64,000 nucleotides of DNA from Acidobacteriota bacterium (GCA_965205505.1 CBDBHB010000006.1:192001-256000); one strand, 5' to 3'; positions 1 to 10,455 are shown, counted from the stretch's first letter. Made by a program: numbers and translations. The notes: generated from the letters alone by a model not told the origin.

Positions 1-758
1 CCCAAAGCGACCAACTGCTCGAGCGGCACGCTCTCGGTAAAGCCTACGACACGATAGTTACTCGGATGCACAGCCAACAGCAGCCCGGTCTCGGAGCCAA
101 TTGCCTGGCGGAAATCCTCGATACGCGTACGGTTCGTGGTGCCCACTTCGCGCAGACGGCAAAAACCCTTCTCCATTACCTCCGGGATGCGAAACGAGCC
201 GCCGATCTCGACCAACTGGCCACGCGATACCACCACCTCGCGCCCCTGAGCGAAGGTGTTGAGGACGAGCAGTACGGCGGCGGCGTTGTTGTTCACCACC
301 GCCACGTCTACACCAGGCAGCAAGCGCTCGAGCAAGCTGGCCACGGGGCGATCGCGCCCGCCGCGCGAACCGCCCGACAGGTCGTACTCGAGGTTCAGGT
401 AGGCGGTTGCCAGGTCTGCGACGCGGGCGGCGGCAGCTGCGCTCCAGGGCGATCGACCCAGGTTGGTGTGCACGACGACGCCGGTACCATTCACCACCCG
501 CCGCAAGCGCGTTCGCAGCATTGCTGCGCCCGTTTGCATCACGTCGTCGGCGACCGAGCCGAGCAGCACACCGAGCTCACCGCCGTCGAGGTCGCCGGCC
601 AAGATCTCGTTTCTCAGGCGATCGAGCAACGCGGCCGCGACCTGGCGGGCGAATCCCCGGCTCCAACCCTCTGCGGCAATACGACGTCGTACCTCCTCGT
701 CCTCCAGAACCGCGTTCATGCTCGGCAGACGACGAAGCAGCGCTTCAATTGGGCTCAT
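1..758 (-). CDS. selA: L-seryl-tRNA(Sec) selenium transferase, 5' part (runs off window)
   Basis: Manual minus-strand translation from ATG 758: MSPIEALLRRLPSM...RVVNGTGVVVHTNLGRSP...NLEYDL...VNNNAAAV...SRGQLVEIGGSFRIPEVM...EVGTTNRT...VHPSNY, all SelA motifs; absent from ORF track because there is no stop in the window. Confidence 0.93.
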   Translation of the reverse strand, partial: MSPIEALLRRLPSMNAVLEDEEVRRRIAAEGWSRGFARQVAAALLDRLRNEILAGDLDGGELGVLLGSVADDVMQTGAAMLRTRLRRVVNGTGVVVHTNLGRSPWSAAAAARVADLATAYLNLEYDLSGGSRGGRDRPVASLLERLLPGVDVAVVNNNAAAVLLVLNTFAQGREVVVSRGQLVEIGGSFRIPEVMEKGFCRLREVGTTNRTRIEDFRQAIGSETGLLLAVHPSNYRVVGFTESVPLEQLVAL

Positions 759-920
759 TGGATCCGTTCGAACTACGCTTGGAGCTCGCAGGCCCGGCAC
801 CGTGCCGGGGAAACTCAAGTTCAGCTCGCTGCAGTCCATCTACAAATCTGCCCGCGGGCTGGTAGCATCGTAGCGTGCAGCGTCGGCACGATGGGATTGA
901 ATCCCGGCTCAGGGTGACGA

Positions 921-1295
921 ATGTCGGAGGAAATCAGAAAACTGCTCCTCGAAAGCCTCGATGAAGAGAGCCTGCGGCTGCTCTTCCCGGATCGCTTCAG
1001 CGAGCCTACCCGAATCAGCCTCATGTACGCGCCGCTGCAAGGCGAGGAGGCGGAGCGCGAGCGCGAGTTGACCGCGCAAGCAGCCGAGTTCGAAGTCACT
1101 ACCGACGTGCGCGACGTGGACGATGAGCCTCGTCACCGGGCCACCTTCACTCTCGATCAGATCGAGCCGTTGTTTCAGCTCTTTCAGCTGATCGGCGAGG
1201 ACCCTTCAAGAGAGACCTACGCGCAGTTCAACGGGCGCCGACTGCCGATGACGATGGAGCTCTGGCTACCGCTTCTATGGGCAATGCGCTTCTAG
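921..1295 (+). CDS. hypothetical protein (124 aa)
   Basis: ORF with normal globular composition, divergent from selA; no family recognised. Confidence 0.7.
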   Translation: MSEEIRKLLLESLDEESLRLLFPDRFSEPTRISLMYAPLQGEEAERERELTAQAAEFEVTTDVRDVDDEPRHRATFTLDQIEPLFQLFQLIGEDPSRETYAQFNGRRLPMTMELWLPLLWAMRF

Positions 1296-1371
1296 CAGGG
1301 TGCTGAGCAGTGGTGCAACTCCCGTTCCTCGCGGCCCGCGGCCGGCGCGACCGGTATCACACCACCGCAGT

Positions 1372-1400
1372 TTGACAGCCCACCGGGCAACGGATAGAAA
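1372..1400 (+). promoter_or_regulatory. putative sigma70 promoter of nuo operon
   Basis: TTGACA-17 bp-TAGAAA ending 54 bp upstream of nuoA. Confidence 0.5.
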
Positions 1401-1454
1401 TGACCTCGCCCGCGCATCGGCGGGCGCAGCGACACAACCCCGGATCAGGGCTGT

Positions 1455-1811
1455 ATGGTCGTCTACCTTCCGATAGCGATTTTTCTGGCGGTCGCGATCG
1501 TCTTCGCGGTGCTCCCGCTCATCGTGGGTCGCTTCGTGCGGCCGACTCCGCCCGCAAGCGAGGGGAAGCTGGCTCCCTACGAATGCGGCGTCGAGCCCAT
1601 CCGTGACGCTCACAAACGCTTCCCGATCCGCTTCTACATCGTGGCGATGCTTTTCCTCGTCTTCGACGTCGAAACCGTGTTCATGTTCCCGTGGGCCATA
1701 CGATATCGGGCCTTGGCGTTGTTCGGGTTCATCGAAATGCTCATCTTCTTGGCGATCTTGATCCTGGGCTACGTTTACGCCTGGAAACGCGGGGCACTCG
1801 AATGGGTCTAG
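1455..1811 (+). CDS. nuoA: NADH-quinone oxidoreductase subunit A
   Basis: [20 protein letters not shown]; 3 TM helices. Confidence 0.97.
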   Translation: MVVYLPIAIFLAVAIVFAVLPLIVGRFVRPTPPASEGKLAPYECGVEPIRDAHKRFPIRFYIVAMLFLVFDVETVFMFPWAIRYRALALFGFIEMLIFLAILILGYVYAWKRGALEWV

Positions 1812-2281
1812 TCGAGCATAAGCTCCCGGACAACGTCCTGACCACGACCGTCGATAGCATCATCAACTGGGGTCGCAAGTCGGCGATCTGGCCGCTTACC
1901 TTCGGCCTCGCGTGCTGCGCCATCGAAATGATCGTCACGACTTGCTCGCGTTTCGACATGGCACGTTTCGGCGCGGAGGTATTCCGCGCCACACCGCGCC
2001 AAGCCGATCTCATGATCGTCGCCGGCACGGTGACATTGAAGATGGCTCCTGTCATCAAGCGACTCTACGATCAGATGCCAGACCCGAAATGGGTGATGTC
2101 GATGGGATCGTGTGCTACTTGCGGCGGGCCCTATCCGACCTACAGCGTGCTCCAGGGGGTCGATCGAATTGTTCCGGTCGATGTGTACGTGCCCGGTTGC
2201 CCGCCGCGTCCGGAAGCCCTGCTCTACGGCCTATTGCGGCTGCAGGACAAGATCGACGAAATGAAGGTGGTGCGGAAGTAG
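1802..2281 (+). CDS. nuoB: NADH-quinone oxidoreductase subunit B
   Basis: [22 protein letters not shown] (N2 cluster ligands); start reset to ATG 1802. Confidence 0.97.
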   Translation: MGLVEHKLPDNVLTTTVDSIINWGRKSAIWPLTFGLACCAIEMIVTTCSRFDMARFGAEVFRATPRQADLMIVAGTVTLKMAPVIKRLYDQMPDPKWVMSMGSCATCGGPYPTYSVLQGVDRIVPVDVYVPGCPPRPEALLYGLLRLQDKIDEMKVVRK

Positions 2282-2312
2282 ACCGCAACCAGCCGACCCG
2301 AGACCTGACTCG

Positions 2313-3140
2313 ATGGCAGACGAACCGCTCGACACCGACAAGACTGATGAGCCGCAGGCTCAGCCGGTCGAAGGCGAGTCCACTGAGGCTCAGTCAGCGG
2401 GGTCGGAAAAGGCGGTCGAGGCAGTCGAGCCACAGCCTGCGTCGGCAGAGGCAGACACGGCAGAGCCGGAACCCGAGCCCGAGCCCGAGCCACATCCGGT
2501 GGTGGCAGCGCTCACGGCTCGCTTCGGCGAAAAGATCACCGACGAGGGCGCCGACAAGCTCGGGACGCCGATCGCGCGCGTCGACGCCGGCGACCTCACC
2601 GAGGTATTGAACTGGCTGCGCGACGACGAGGCGATGGACTTCAACTACCTGTCGAGCGTCACGGCGATCGACTGGACCGATCGCGTTCCCCGCTTCGACG
2701 TGGTGTTCCATGTCTACTCCCTACCGAAGAATCACCGGCTGACCGTGAAGACCGGCTGCGCGGACGGCGAGGGGGTGCCTAGCGCGGTCGACGTGTGGCC
2801 GGCGGCCAATTGGTTGGAGCGCGAGACATACGACCTTTACGGCATCGAGTTTCTCGGCCACCCGGACCTACGCCGCATCTTCATGCCAGAGGACTGGGAG
2901 GGCTTCCCTCTACGCAAGGATTATCCCCTCGAAGGACCCAACCTCGAACTGCTGACCCGTCAGCAAGCGGCGTTTCGTGGGGGTCGCTTCGACCGCATCC
3001 GGGGCGAGTACGAGATCAACGAGCAGGAGCGCGAGATGGCTGGTCCCGGCGTTGTCGGGGCCCTGTGGACACCGCAGCCCGACGAGCCCCCCGACCCCGA
3101 GCCTGACGCAGCGCCAGGCGACGAACCCGGGTCACACTGA
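2313..3140 (+). CDS. nuoC: NADH-quinone oxidoreductase subunit C with acidic/Pro-rich extensions
   Basis: ERETYDLYGI.F.GHPDLRRI, GFPLRKDYP. Confidence 0.96.
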   Translation: MADEPLDTDKTDEPQAQPVEGESTEAQSAGSEKAVEAVEPQPASAEADTAEPEPEPEPEPHPVVAALTARFGEKITDEGADKLGTPIARVDAGDLTEVLNWLRDDEAMDFNYLSSVTAIDWTDRVPRFDVVFHVYSLPKNHRLTVKTGCADGEGVPSAVDVWPAANWLERETYDLYGIEFLGHPDLRRIFMPEDWEGFPLRKDYPLEGPNLELLTRQQAAFRGGRFDRIRGEYEINEQEREMAGPGVVGALWTPQPDEPPDPEPDAAPGDEPGSH

Positions 3141-3143
3141 GCC

Positions 3144-4244
3144 ATGCTGGAAACGAAGGAGTTCGAGCTCAACATGGGTCCCCAGCACCCGTCTACGCAC
3201 GGCGTGTTGCGACTGGTGCTGTATCTCGATGGGGAGACCATCGTCGACATCGAGACCGTCATGGGGTACCTGCATCGCGGTACCGAGAAGCTCTGCGAGA
3301 CACGCAACTACTACCAGAACGTGCCGTTCACCGACCGCACCGACTACCTGGCGGCGCCCTACAACAACCTGGGGTACGTCGAAACCGTCGAGCGCCTCGG
3401 GGGCTGGGAGGTATCGGAGCGCGCCCTCTACGCCCGTCTCGCAATTGTCGAGCTAAGTCGCATCGCCAGCCATCTCTTCTGGCTGGCGACCCACGCGCTC
3501 GATATTGGCGCGCAAACGATGCTCTTCTGGTGTACGCGCGAGCGCGAGGTGATTCTCGATTTCTTCGAGGCTGCGCTGGGAGACCGCCTGACCACTTCGG
3601 CGTTTCGCCCCGGCGGGCTGCGCCGCGACCTCCCCGAAGGTTGGACCGATGCGGTGCTCAACTTCTGCAGCAGCTTTCCGCAGCGCATCGAGGAATACGA
3701 AACGTTGCTGAGCGCCAACCGGATTTGGCTCGAGCGCACCGTCGGCGTCGGGGTAATCAGCGGCGAAGACGCCGCTGCGCTCGGACTCTCGGGGCCAATG
3801 ATTCGTGGCTCCGGAGTCGACTACGATATCCGCAAAGCACTGCCCTACGGCGGCTACGACCAGGTGGACTTTGATGTGCCGGTGTTCCCCGACGGGGACT
3901 CTTACGCGCGCTATCTCGTGCGCATGGAAGAGATGCGGCAGTCGGTGCGCATAGTCCAGCAAGCGCTCGCGAAGTTGCCCGAAGGGCCGATCACCGCGAA
4001 GGTGCCCAAGTCGATGCGGATCAAGGATTCGGTAGAGGCGTACCACATCGTCGAGAGCCCGCGTGGCGAGCTCGGCTACTACATCATCGGTGGCAACGGC
4101 GACACGCCCTACAAGTGCAAGATCCGGGCACCCAGCTTCTGCAACCTGCAGGCGATTGCTCCTCTGAGCAAGGGCCACCTGATCGCCGATGTCGTCACCA
4201 TCATCGGAAGCGTCGATATCGTGCTCGGAGACGTCGACCGATGA
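3144..4244 (+). CDS. nuoD: NADH-quinone oxidoreductase subunit D
   Basis: MGPQHPSTHGVLRL, GYLHRGTEK, ESPRGE, DIVLGDVDR; no NiFe CxxC motifs. Confidence 0.97.
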   Translation: MLETKEFELNMGPQHPSTHGVLRLVLYLDGETIVDIETVMGYLHRGTEKLCETRNYYQNVPFTDRTDYLAAPYNNLGYVETVERLGGWEVSERALYARLAIVELSRIASHLFWLATHALDIGAQTMLFWCTREREVILDFFEAALGDRLTTSAFRPGGLRRDLPEGWTDAVLNFCSSFPQRIEEYETLLSANRIWLERTVGVGVISGEDAAALGLSGPMIRGSGVDYDIRKALPYGGYDQVDFDVPVFPDGDSYARYLVRMEEMRQSVRIVQQALAKLPEGPITAKVPKSMRIKDSVEAYHIVESPRGELGYYIIGGNGDTPYKCKIRAPSFCNLQAIAPLSKGHLIADVVTIIGSVDIVLGDVDR

Positions 4245-5275
4245 GCGACTTCGTGATCGTCAACGTGCTCATCCCGCTCTTCCAGATCGGTGTCTTGCTG
4301 GGGATCCTCGGCCTGGCAACGGGCTACATCGTTCTTGCCGAGCGCAAGATTCTGGCCTTTATCCAGAGTCGCCTGGGGCCGATGCGGGTGGGGCCCCACG
4401 GACTCTTGCAGCCCATCGCCGACGTAGTCAAGTTGCTGCTCAAGGAAGACTTGATCCCCAGCGGGGTAAACAAGGCGATATTCCTGATCTCGCCGATCAT
4501 CGTGGTGGTCGCGGCCTTCACTACCTTGGCACTGGTGCCGTTCGGCGAAGGGATCACGCTTTTCGGATACCACATCCCGGGCGTGATCGCCGACGTCAAT
4601 GTCGGCATCCTGCTAGTTTTCGGGATCAGCGGCCTGGCCACTTACGGCGTCATCCTCGGCGGTTGGTCGAGCAACTCGAAGTACCCACTGCTGGGAGCGC
4701 TACGCGCCGCCGCACAGATGGTGTCGTACGAGATAGCGCTGACCTTTGCCGTGATATCGGGGTTAATGGTCGCCGGTACGCTGTCGATGGTGGGCATCGT
4801 TGAAGCACAGCGCGACATGGGGGTCTGGTTCGTGTTCGTGCAGCCGCTGGCCTGGGGAATCTTCACGATCGCCATGGTGGCCGAGACCAACCGAGCCCCG
4901 TTCGACATGGCGGAGGCCGATTCGGAGCTCGTCGCCGGGTTCTTCACCGAGTACTCCGGAATGCGTTGGGCGCTTTTCTTCCTTGGCGAGTACACGGCGA
5001 TGCTGGTGATGGCAGCGGCCAACGTGACGCTCTTCTGGGGCGGCTGGCTGCGACCGTTCCCGAGTGTCGAGGCGCTCGCCTTCCTCGATCTGGTCCCCAG
5101 CGGTGCCTGGTTCATTCTCAAGGTCGCCACGTTCCTGTTCGTCTACATCTGGATCCGCGGCACCTTCCCACGCTACCGCTACGATCAGCTGATGCGGCTG
5201 AACTGGAAGTCCCTTATCCCGCTGGCAATCGCAAATCTGCTCGTAACCGGGCTTGTCATACTTCTGGTAGGCTGA
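4241..5275 (+). CDS. nuoH: NADH-quinone oxidoreductase subunit H
   Basis: ERKILAFIQSRLGP, AETNRAPFDMAEA, PRYRYDQLM; ATGA overlap with nuoD. Confidence 0.97.
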   Translation: MSDFVIVNVLIPLFQIGVLLGILGLATGYIVLAERKILAFIQSRLGPMRVGPHGLLQPIADVVKLLLKEDLIPSGVNKAIFLISPIIVVVAAFTTLALVPFGEGITLFGYHIPGVIADVNVGILLVFGISGLATYGVILGGWSSNSKYPLLGALRAAAQMVSYEIALTFAVISGLMVAGTLSMVGIVEAQRDMGVWFVFVQPLAWGIFTIAMVAETNRAPFDMAEADSELVAGFFTEYSGMRWALFFLGEYTAMLVMAAANVTLFWGGWLRPFPSVEALAFLDLVPSGAWFILKVATFLFVYIWIRGTFPRYRYDQLMRLNWKSLIPLAIANLLVTGLVILLVG

Positions 5276-5763
5276 TGCCCGCTCACGATTCGTCACAGGC
5301 GGCAACCATGTCCTCGGCACCCAAGAAGAGCCTCCTGAGTAGCTTCCTGCTGGTGGAACTGCTCAAGGGAATGTGGCTCACGCTCAAGTACACGTTCCGC
5401 CCCAAGGTCACGGTGCAGTATCCGCTGGAGCGCGAGTCGGTCCATCCGAATTACCGCGGCATCCTGCGTGTCGACGAGTCCACCTGCATCGCCTGCTATC
5501 TGTGCGAGAAGATTTGCCCGGACAACTGCATCGTGCTCGACGGTGAGCGCGGCTACGTCAAGGGCAAGGGTGGTAAGTACGCCACCTTCTTCTACATCGA
5601 CCACGGGCGCTGTCTGTTCTGCGGCCTGTGCGAAGAGATTTGCCCGGTCGATTCGATCTACCACAGCAACGAGTTCGAGGCCGCGGTCTACAACCGCGCG
5701 GACTCGATTCACGATCTTCGCATCCTCGACAGCGGCCACCACATCGTGCACTACGAGCGTTAG
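5275..5763 (+). CDS. nuoI: NADH-quinone oxidoreductase subunit I (2x[4Fe-4S])
   Basis: TVQYP, CIACYLCEKICP and CLFCGLCEEICP; start 5275 or 5308. Confidence 0.95.
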   Translation: MPAHDSSQAATMSSAPKKSLLSSFLLVELLKGMWLTLKYTFRPKVTVQYPLERESVHPNYRGILRVDESTCIACYLCEKICPDNCIVLDGERGYVKGKGGKYATFFYIDHGRCLFCGLCEEICPVDSIYHSNEFEAAVYNRADSIHDLRILDSGHHIVHYER

Positions 5764-5771
5764 CCTGCCGT

Positions 5772-6287
5772 ATGGAAAGCATCGCCTTCTATATCATCGC
5801 CTCGATCGTGATCGTGAGCGCCCTGCTCATGGTCATGAGCCGCCAGTTGGTGCACTCCATCGTCTACATGGTGGTGTCGTTCATAGGCGTAGGCGCGCTG
5901 TTCATTCTGTTGCAGGCGGAGTTCGTGGCCGCGGTACAGATCTTGGTTTATGCCGGCGGCATCGTGGTGCTGTTCTTGTTCGTGGTCATGCTGGTGAACC
6001 TCAACGAGGTCAACGAGGGTGAGTATCTGCACCGGCAGTGGATGCCAGCCGGAGCGATGTTGTTGGTCTTGGTAGTGCAGATCGGCTACTTGCTCTGGGG
6101 CGGTGCCGGCGCGCTTACGGTAGCGCCCGAGCAGGCCGAGACCATTCTACGCGCCGTCGAACAGGGCAACACCGAGACGATCGGGATGACGCTCTACACC
6201 GACTATCTGTTGCCCTTCGAGATCGCATCGATGTTGCTGCTGGTGGCGATGATCGGCGCAATCTACTTGGCTCAGAAGCGAGTCTGA
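5772..6287 (+). CDS. nuoJ: NADH-quinone oxidoreductase subunit J
   Basis: QILVYAGGIVVLFLFVVML, LPFEIAS. Confidence 0.96.
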   Translation: MESIAFYIIASIVIVSALLMVMSRQLVHSIVYMVVSFIGVGALFILLQAEFVAAVQILVYAGGIVVLFLFVVMLVNLNEVNEGEYLHRQWMPAGAMLLVLVVQIGYLLWGGAGALTVAPEQAETILRAVEQGNTETIGMTLYTDYLLPFEIASMLLLVAMIGAIYLAQKRV

Positions 6288-6288
6288 C

Positions 6289-6597
6289 GTGGGTACGCTG
6301 GGGCTAGGCCACTACTTGCTGCTGTCGGCGGTGCTGTTCGGCATCGGCGTGATCGGCGTACTCGCACGCCGCAACGTCATCATGGTGTTGATGTGCCTCG
6401 AGCTGATCTTCAATGCCGCCAACATCAACCTGGTGGCCGTGGCCCGCTACCGACCGGATCTCGCCGGGCAGATCTTCACGATCTTCACGATCACCGTCGC
6501 CGCCGCCGAGGCGGCGATCGGGCTGGGCCTGGTGATCGCGATGTTCCGCAACGCGCAGACGGTGAACGTCGACGACGTACACCTGCTGGAGGGATAG
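6289..6597 (+). CDS. nuoK: NADH-quinone oxidoreductase subunit K
   Basis: RRNVIMVLMCLELI, VAAAEAAIGL. Confidence 0.96.
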   Translation: MGTLGLGHYLLLSAVLFGIGVIGVLARRNVIMVLMCLELIFNAANINLVAVARYRPDLAGQIFTIFTITVAAAEAAIGLGLVIAMFRNAQTVNVDDVHLLEG

Positions 6598-6604
6598 CGG
6601 CGCC

Positions 6605-8824
6605 GTGATCGAGTACTTCTGGCTCATCCCGCTTCTGCCACTTGCCGGCATGCTCGTTAACGGGCTGCTGGGGTCGCGTTTCATCCGCTCCGAGATAATC
6701 ACCGGCAGCCTTGCCAGCGTGTGCATGCTGCTGGCGTTCATCATCGGCGCCGGCTCGTTCCTCGGCCTCGCCGGTATGGAGCCCGCAGACCGCCACGTGG
6801 AGGTGGTCCTGTACGACTGGATAGACGCCTCGTGGGGCCACATGCACGACAACGACGCCGGGGTCGACGCGGCCCGGTTCGTGGTGCCCTTCGGTTTCCA
6901 GTTCGACCCGCTGTCGGCCCTCATGGTGCTGGTGATCACCGGGGTCGGCTTCTTGATCCATATCTACGCCATCGGATACATGGCGCATGATCCGCCCGAC
7001 CCGGGGTTCTACAGGTTCTTCACCTACCTGAACCTGTTCGCCGCCTTCATGCTGGTGCTCGTGCTGGGCAACTCCTACGCCATGATGTTCATCGGTTGGG
7101 AGGGCGTCGGGCTGTGCTCCTACTTGCTGATCGGCTACTACTACACCAAGAAGTCGGCCGGCGACGCTGCCAAGAAGGCGTTCGTGGTGAACCGCGTCGG
7201 CGATGCCGCTTTCCTGCTCGGCATGTTCACCATCTTCTTCACCTTCGGCACGCTCGACTACGACGACGTCTTCGAGCTCGCCTCCGCCAACTACGAGGTC
7301 GGGGCCGGGGTGATCACCTTCATCACCCTGATGCTGTTCATCGGCGCCACCGGCAAGAGCGCACAAATCCCACTGTTTACGTGGCTGCCTGACGCCATGG
7401 AGGGCCCGACACCGGTGTCGGCCCTGATCCACGCCGCGACGATGGTGACCGCGGGCGTTTACATGGTGGTGCGCTCCAACGTGCTGTTCTCGATGTCGCC
7501 AACGGTCATGACCATCGTGGCGGTCATCGGCGCGCTCACAGCACTATTTGCGGCCTCCATCGCAATGGTCCAGAACGACATCAAACGCGTGCTCGCCTAT
7601 TCCACGATCAGTCAGCTCGGGTACATGTTCCTGGCTTGCGGCGTCGGGGCGTACGCGGTCGGTGTGTTCCACCTGATGACGCACGCCTTCTTCAAGGCGC
7701 TGCTGTTCCTCGCGGCGGGCTCGGTGATGCATGCCCTGAGTGGCGAGCTCGACATGTGGAAGATGGGCAATGTCCGCAAGTACATGCCGGTAACCCACAA
7801 GACGTTCCTGGTAGGTACTCTGGCCATCGCCGGTATCCCGGGGTTGGCGGGCTTCTTCTCCAAGGACGAGGTGTTGTGGTACGCCTGGACCGGTCCCAAC
7901 GGCTCCCCCTGGCTCTGGGCCGTGGGGACGCTGGTCGCCGGCATGACCGCGTTCTACATGATGCGCATGCTGCTGGTGACGTTCTACGGGGAGTCGCGCA
8001 TGGACGAGCACGTCGAGGCGCACGCCCACGAGAGCTCGCGCCTGATCACCGTGCCGCTGGTAGCCCTGGCGGTACTAGCGGTCGTCGGTGGCTACGTGGG
8101 AATCCCTGCCAACCTGCAGGTCGGCCCGCTCGGAGCCTTGCACGACAGCATCGATATCGGGCGCTGGCTCGAGCCGATCACCGGTGGCCACGGCGAAGCC
8201 GATCACGGTGACTCTGCCGAAGTAGCCGAACACGCGGCGGCGATGGCGAATGCCGAGACACAAGTACTCGGAACGCTCGACGGCGACGGCCGCATCGTTG
8301 CCGCCAGTGCGGTGCTGGCCACCGAGGCATCGGCCGCCCAGGTGGCTGCGGAGGACGCGGAGGATCACACGAGGCTCGAGTGGATCTTGATGCTGACCTC
8401 TGTGGCGGTGGCGCTGGCGGGCATGGGGATTGCCTACCGGACGTACGGAGCCGGCGTGAGCCAGGAGCCGCTAGCTCGCTTCTCCGGGATCCACCGAACG
8501 CTGTGGAACAAGTACTGGGTCGACGAGCTCTATGACGCGCTGTTCGTCAACCGCACGAAGGACCTCGGGACCGGCCTGTGGGTGCTCGACGACGCAGTTG
8601 TCGACGGCATCGTCAACGGTGTCGCCGAGTCTACGAAACAGGCTGCAACTGCGGCGACCGAGTTCGACGATCGCGTCGTCGACGGCGCGGTCAACGGAGT
8701 CGGAAACACGTTCTGGGCAGGTTCGTGGATCTTCCGCACCCTGCAAACCGGTTACGTACAGAACTACGCGCTGGTCATCGCCCTCGGGCTGTTCGTGCTG
8801 GTCAGCGTCTACATGTTCTTGTAG
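6605..8824 (+). CDS. nuoL: NADH-quinone oxidoreductase subunit L (extended)
   Basis: GKSAQIPLFTWLPDAMEGPTPVSALIHAATMV, KRVLAYSTISQLGY, HAFFKALLFL. Confidence 0.97.
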   Translation: MIEYFWLIPLLPLAGMLVNGLLGSRFIRSEIITGSLASVCMLLAFIIGAGSFLGLAGMEPADRHVEVVLYDWIDASWGHMHDNDAGVDAARFVVPFGFQFDPLSALMVLVITGVGFLIHIYAIGYMAHDPPDPGFYRFFTYLNLFAAFMLVLVLGNSYAMMFIGWEGVGLCSYLLIGYYYTKKSAGDAAKKAFVVNRVGDAAFLLGMFTIFFTFGTLDYDDVFELASANYEVGAGVITFITLMLFIGATGKSAQIPLFTWLPDAMEGPTPVSALIHAATMVTAGVYMVVRSNVLFSMSPTVMTIVAVIGALTALFAASIAMVQNDIKRVLAYSTISQLGYMFLACGVGAYAVGVFHLMTHAFFKALLFLAAGSVMHALSGELDMWKMGNVRKYMPVTHKTFLVGTLAIAGIPGLAGFFSKDEVLWYAWTGPNGSPWLWAVGTLVAGMTAFYMMRMLLVTFYGESRMDEHVEAHAHESSRLITVPLVALAVLAVVGGYVGIPANLQVGPLGALHDSIDIGRWLEPITGGHGEADHGDSAEVAEHAAAMANAETQVLGTLDGDGRIVAASAVLATEASAAQVAAEDAEDHTRLEWILMLTSVAVALAGMGIAYRTYGAGVSQEPLARFSGIHRTLWNKYWVDELYDALFVNRTKDLGTGLWVLDDAVVDGIVNGVAESTKQAATAATEFDDRVVDGAVNGVGNTFWAGSWIFRTLQTGYVQNYALVIALGLFVLVSVYMFL

Positions 8825-8838
8825 AGAACGAGGCACCA

Positions 8839-10452
8839 ATGAGCGGAAATCTCCTCACCCTGGTCGTCTTCCTGCCGGCGGTGGGCGCGCTCGCGATCGC
8901 GCTCCTGCTTGGTAAGGAACGCGACAACGCCATCAAGTGGACCGCGAACATCGTCCTGTTCGTCGATTTCCTGCTCTCGTTGCTACTACTACAGGGCTTC
9001 GATTTCGGGACCGCCGAGTTGCAGCACGTAACGCGGTTGCCGTGGATCCCTTCGATCGGTGTGGAGTACTTCACCGGCATCGATGGCATCTCCCTGTGCC
9101 TCATTCTGCTGACGACGCTGCTCGGCTCGATCGCTTGCCTGTCATCGTGGAACTACATCGAGACGCGGAACAAGGAATATTACGCCTACTTGCTGGTCCT
9201 GCAGAGCGGCATGCTGGGCGTGTTCATCGCCTTCGACTTCTTCCTCTTCTATATCTTCTGGGAAGTCATGCTGGTGCCGATGTACTTCCTCATCGGTATC
9301 TGGGGCGACAAGAACCGTCTGTACGCGGCCATCAAGTTTTTCCTGTACACGTTGGCCGGCTCGGTGCTGATGCTGGTCGGTATCCTGGCGCTGTACTTCT
9401 ACAACCACAGCGTCACCGGTGAGTGGACCACCAACATCCTGGCCTACTACCAGCTGTCGGTACCCGCTGACATGCAGTGGTGGGTATTCCTGGGCTTCTT
9501 CCTCGCCTTCGCGATCAAGGTGCCGATGTGGCCCTTCCACACCTGGCTCCCCGACGCCCACGTGCAGGCCCCCACCGCCGCTTCGGTGATCCTGGCGGCC
9601 GTGCTGCTGAAGATGGGCGCCTACGGATTCGTACGCCTGTCGCTGCCGATCATGCCGCAGGCATCGGTGCAGTTCGCGCCGATGATCGCCGTGCTGTCGA
9701 TCATCGCGATCATCTACGGTGCCCTGGTGGCGCTGATGCAAAAGGACTGGAAGAGCCTGGTGGCGTATTCGTCGGTCTCGCACATGGGCTTCATCACGTT
9801 GGGGATCTTCGCCCTCAACCCGATCGGCGTGCAGGGCAGCGTTCTGCAGATGCTCAATCACGGAGTCTCCACCGGTGGGCTGTTCCTGATCGTGGGCTTG
9901 ATGTACGAACGCACGCACACACGAGAGATCGCCGCGTTCTCGGGGCTGGCCAAGGTCATGCCGGTGTTCACGGTGCTGTTCGCCATCATCGCGCTGTCGT
10001 CGATGGGCCTTCCGGGGCTCAACGGCTTCGTCGGCGAGTTCTTGATTCTGATCGGCGCGTTCGAGTGGAACCCGGTTTATGTCTATTGGTCGGTCTGGGG
10101 CATCGTGCTCGCCGCGGCCTACCTGCTGTGGCTCTTCCAACGAGTCATGTTCGGCGAAGTCAAAGACGACAAGATCGCCAACCTCAGCGACCTCAGCATG
10201 CGCGAGGTGGCCACGCTGGTGCCGCTAGTCGTCCTCGCGGTGTGGATGGGGCTGTACCCGACGCCGGTACTCAACACGCTCGAGCCGCCGGTCAACGCCA
10301 TCGTCGAGCGTGTACGACCCGGCTACTTCGAGGGCAGTGGGATTCCGACGCCCGCCTTGCCCAGCCTCGAGGCGCTGCGCATCGCCGACGGAATCGACGA
10401 CCTGGCGCGGATCGACGAGCCCGTTGCTCAGGCGGCGACCGAGGAACGCTAG
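8839..10452 (+). CDS. nuoM: NADH-quinone oxidoreductase subunit M
   Basis: FWEVMLVPMY, KVPMWPFHTWLPDAHVQAP, LKMGAYG; start reset to ATG 8839. Confidence 0.97.
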   Translation: MSGNLLTLVVFLPAVGALAIALLLGKERDNAIKWTANIVLFVDFLLSLLLLQGFDFGTAELQHVTRLPWIPSIGVEYFTGIDGISLCLILLTTLLGSIACLSSWNYIETRNKEYYAYLLVLQSGMLGVFIAFDFFLFYIFWEVMLVPMYFLIGIWGDKNRLYAAIKFFLYTLAGSVLMLVGILALYFYNHSVTGEWTTNILAYYQLSVPADMQWWVFLGFFLAFAIKVPMWPFHTWLPDAHVQAPTAASVILAAVLLKMGAYGFVRLSLPIMPQASVQFAPMIAVLSIIAIIYGALVALMQKDWKSLVAYSSVSHMGFITLGIFALNPIGVQGSVLQMLNHGVSTGGLFLIVGLMYERTHTREIAAFSGLAKVMPVFTVLFAIIALSSMGLPGLNGFVGEFLILIGAFEWNPVYVYWSVWGIVLAAAYLLWLFQRVMFGEVKDDKIANLSDLSMREVATLVPLVVLAVWMGLYPTPVLNTLEPPVNAIVERVRPGYFEGSGIPTPALPSLEALRIADGIDDLARIDEPVAQAATEER

Positions 10453-10455
10453 GGC

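Noticed and set aside
66-917. 283-aa plus-strand ORF
   Set aside because: Antisense shadow of selA, which has clear motifs on the minus strand.
2455-2495. (EP)n-coding repeat in nuoC
   Set aside because: Ordinary low-complexity linker; in-frame 6-bp units give no phase-variation switch.
1802-4244. Group 4 NiFe-hydrogenase interpretation of the nuoEFG-less cluster
   Set aside because: NuoD lacks the CxxC Ni ligands and has quinone-site motifs.
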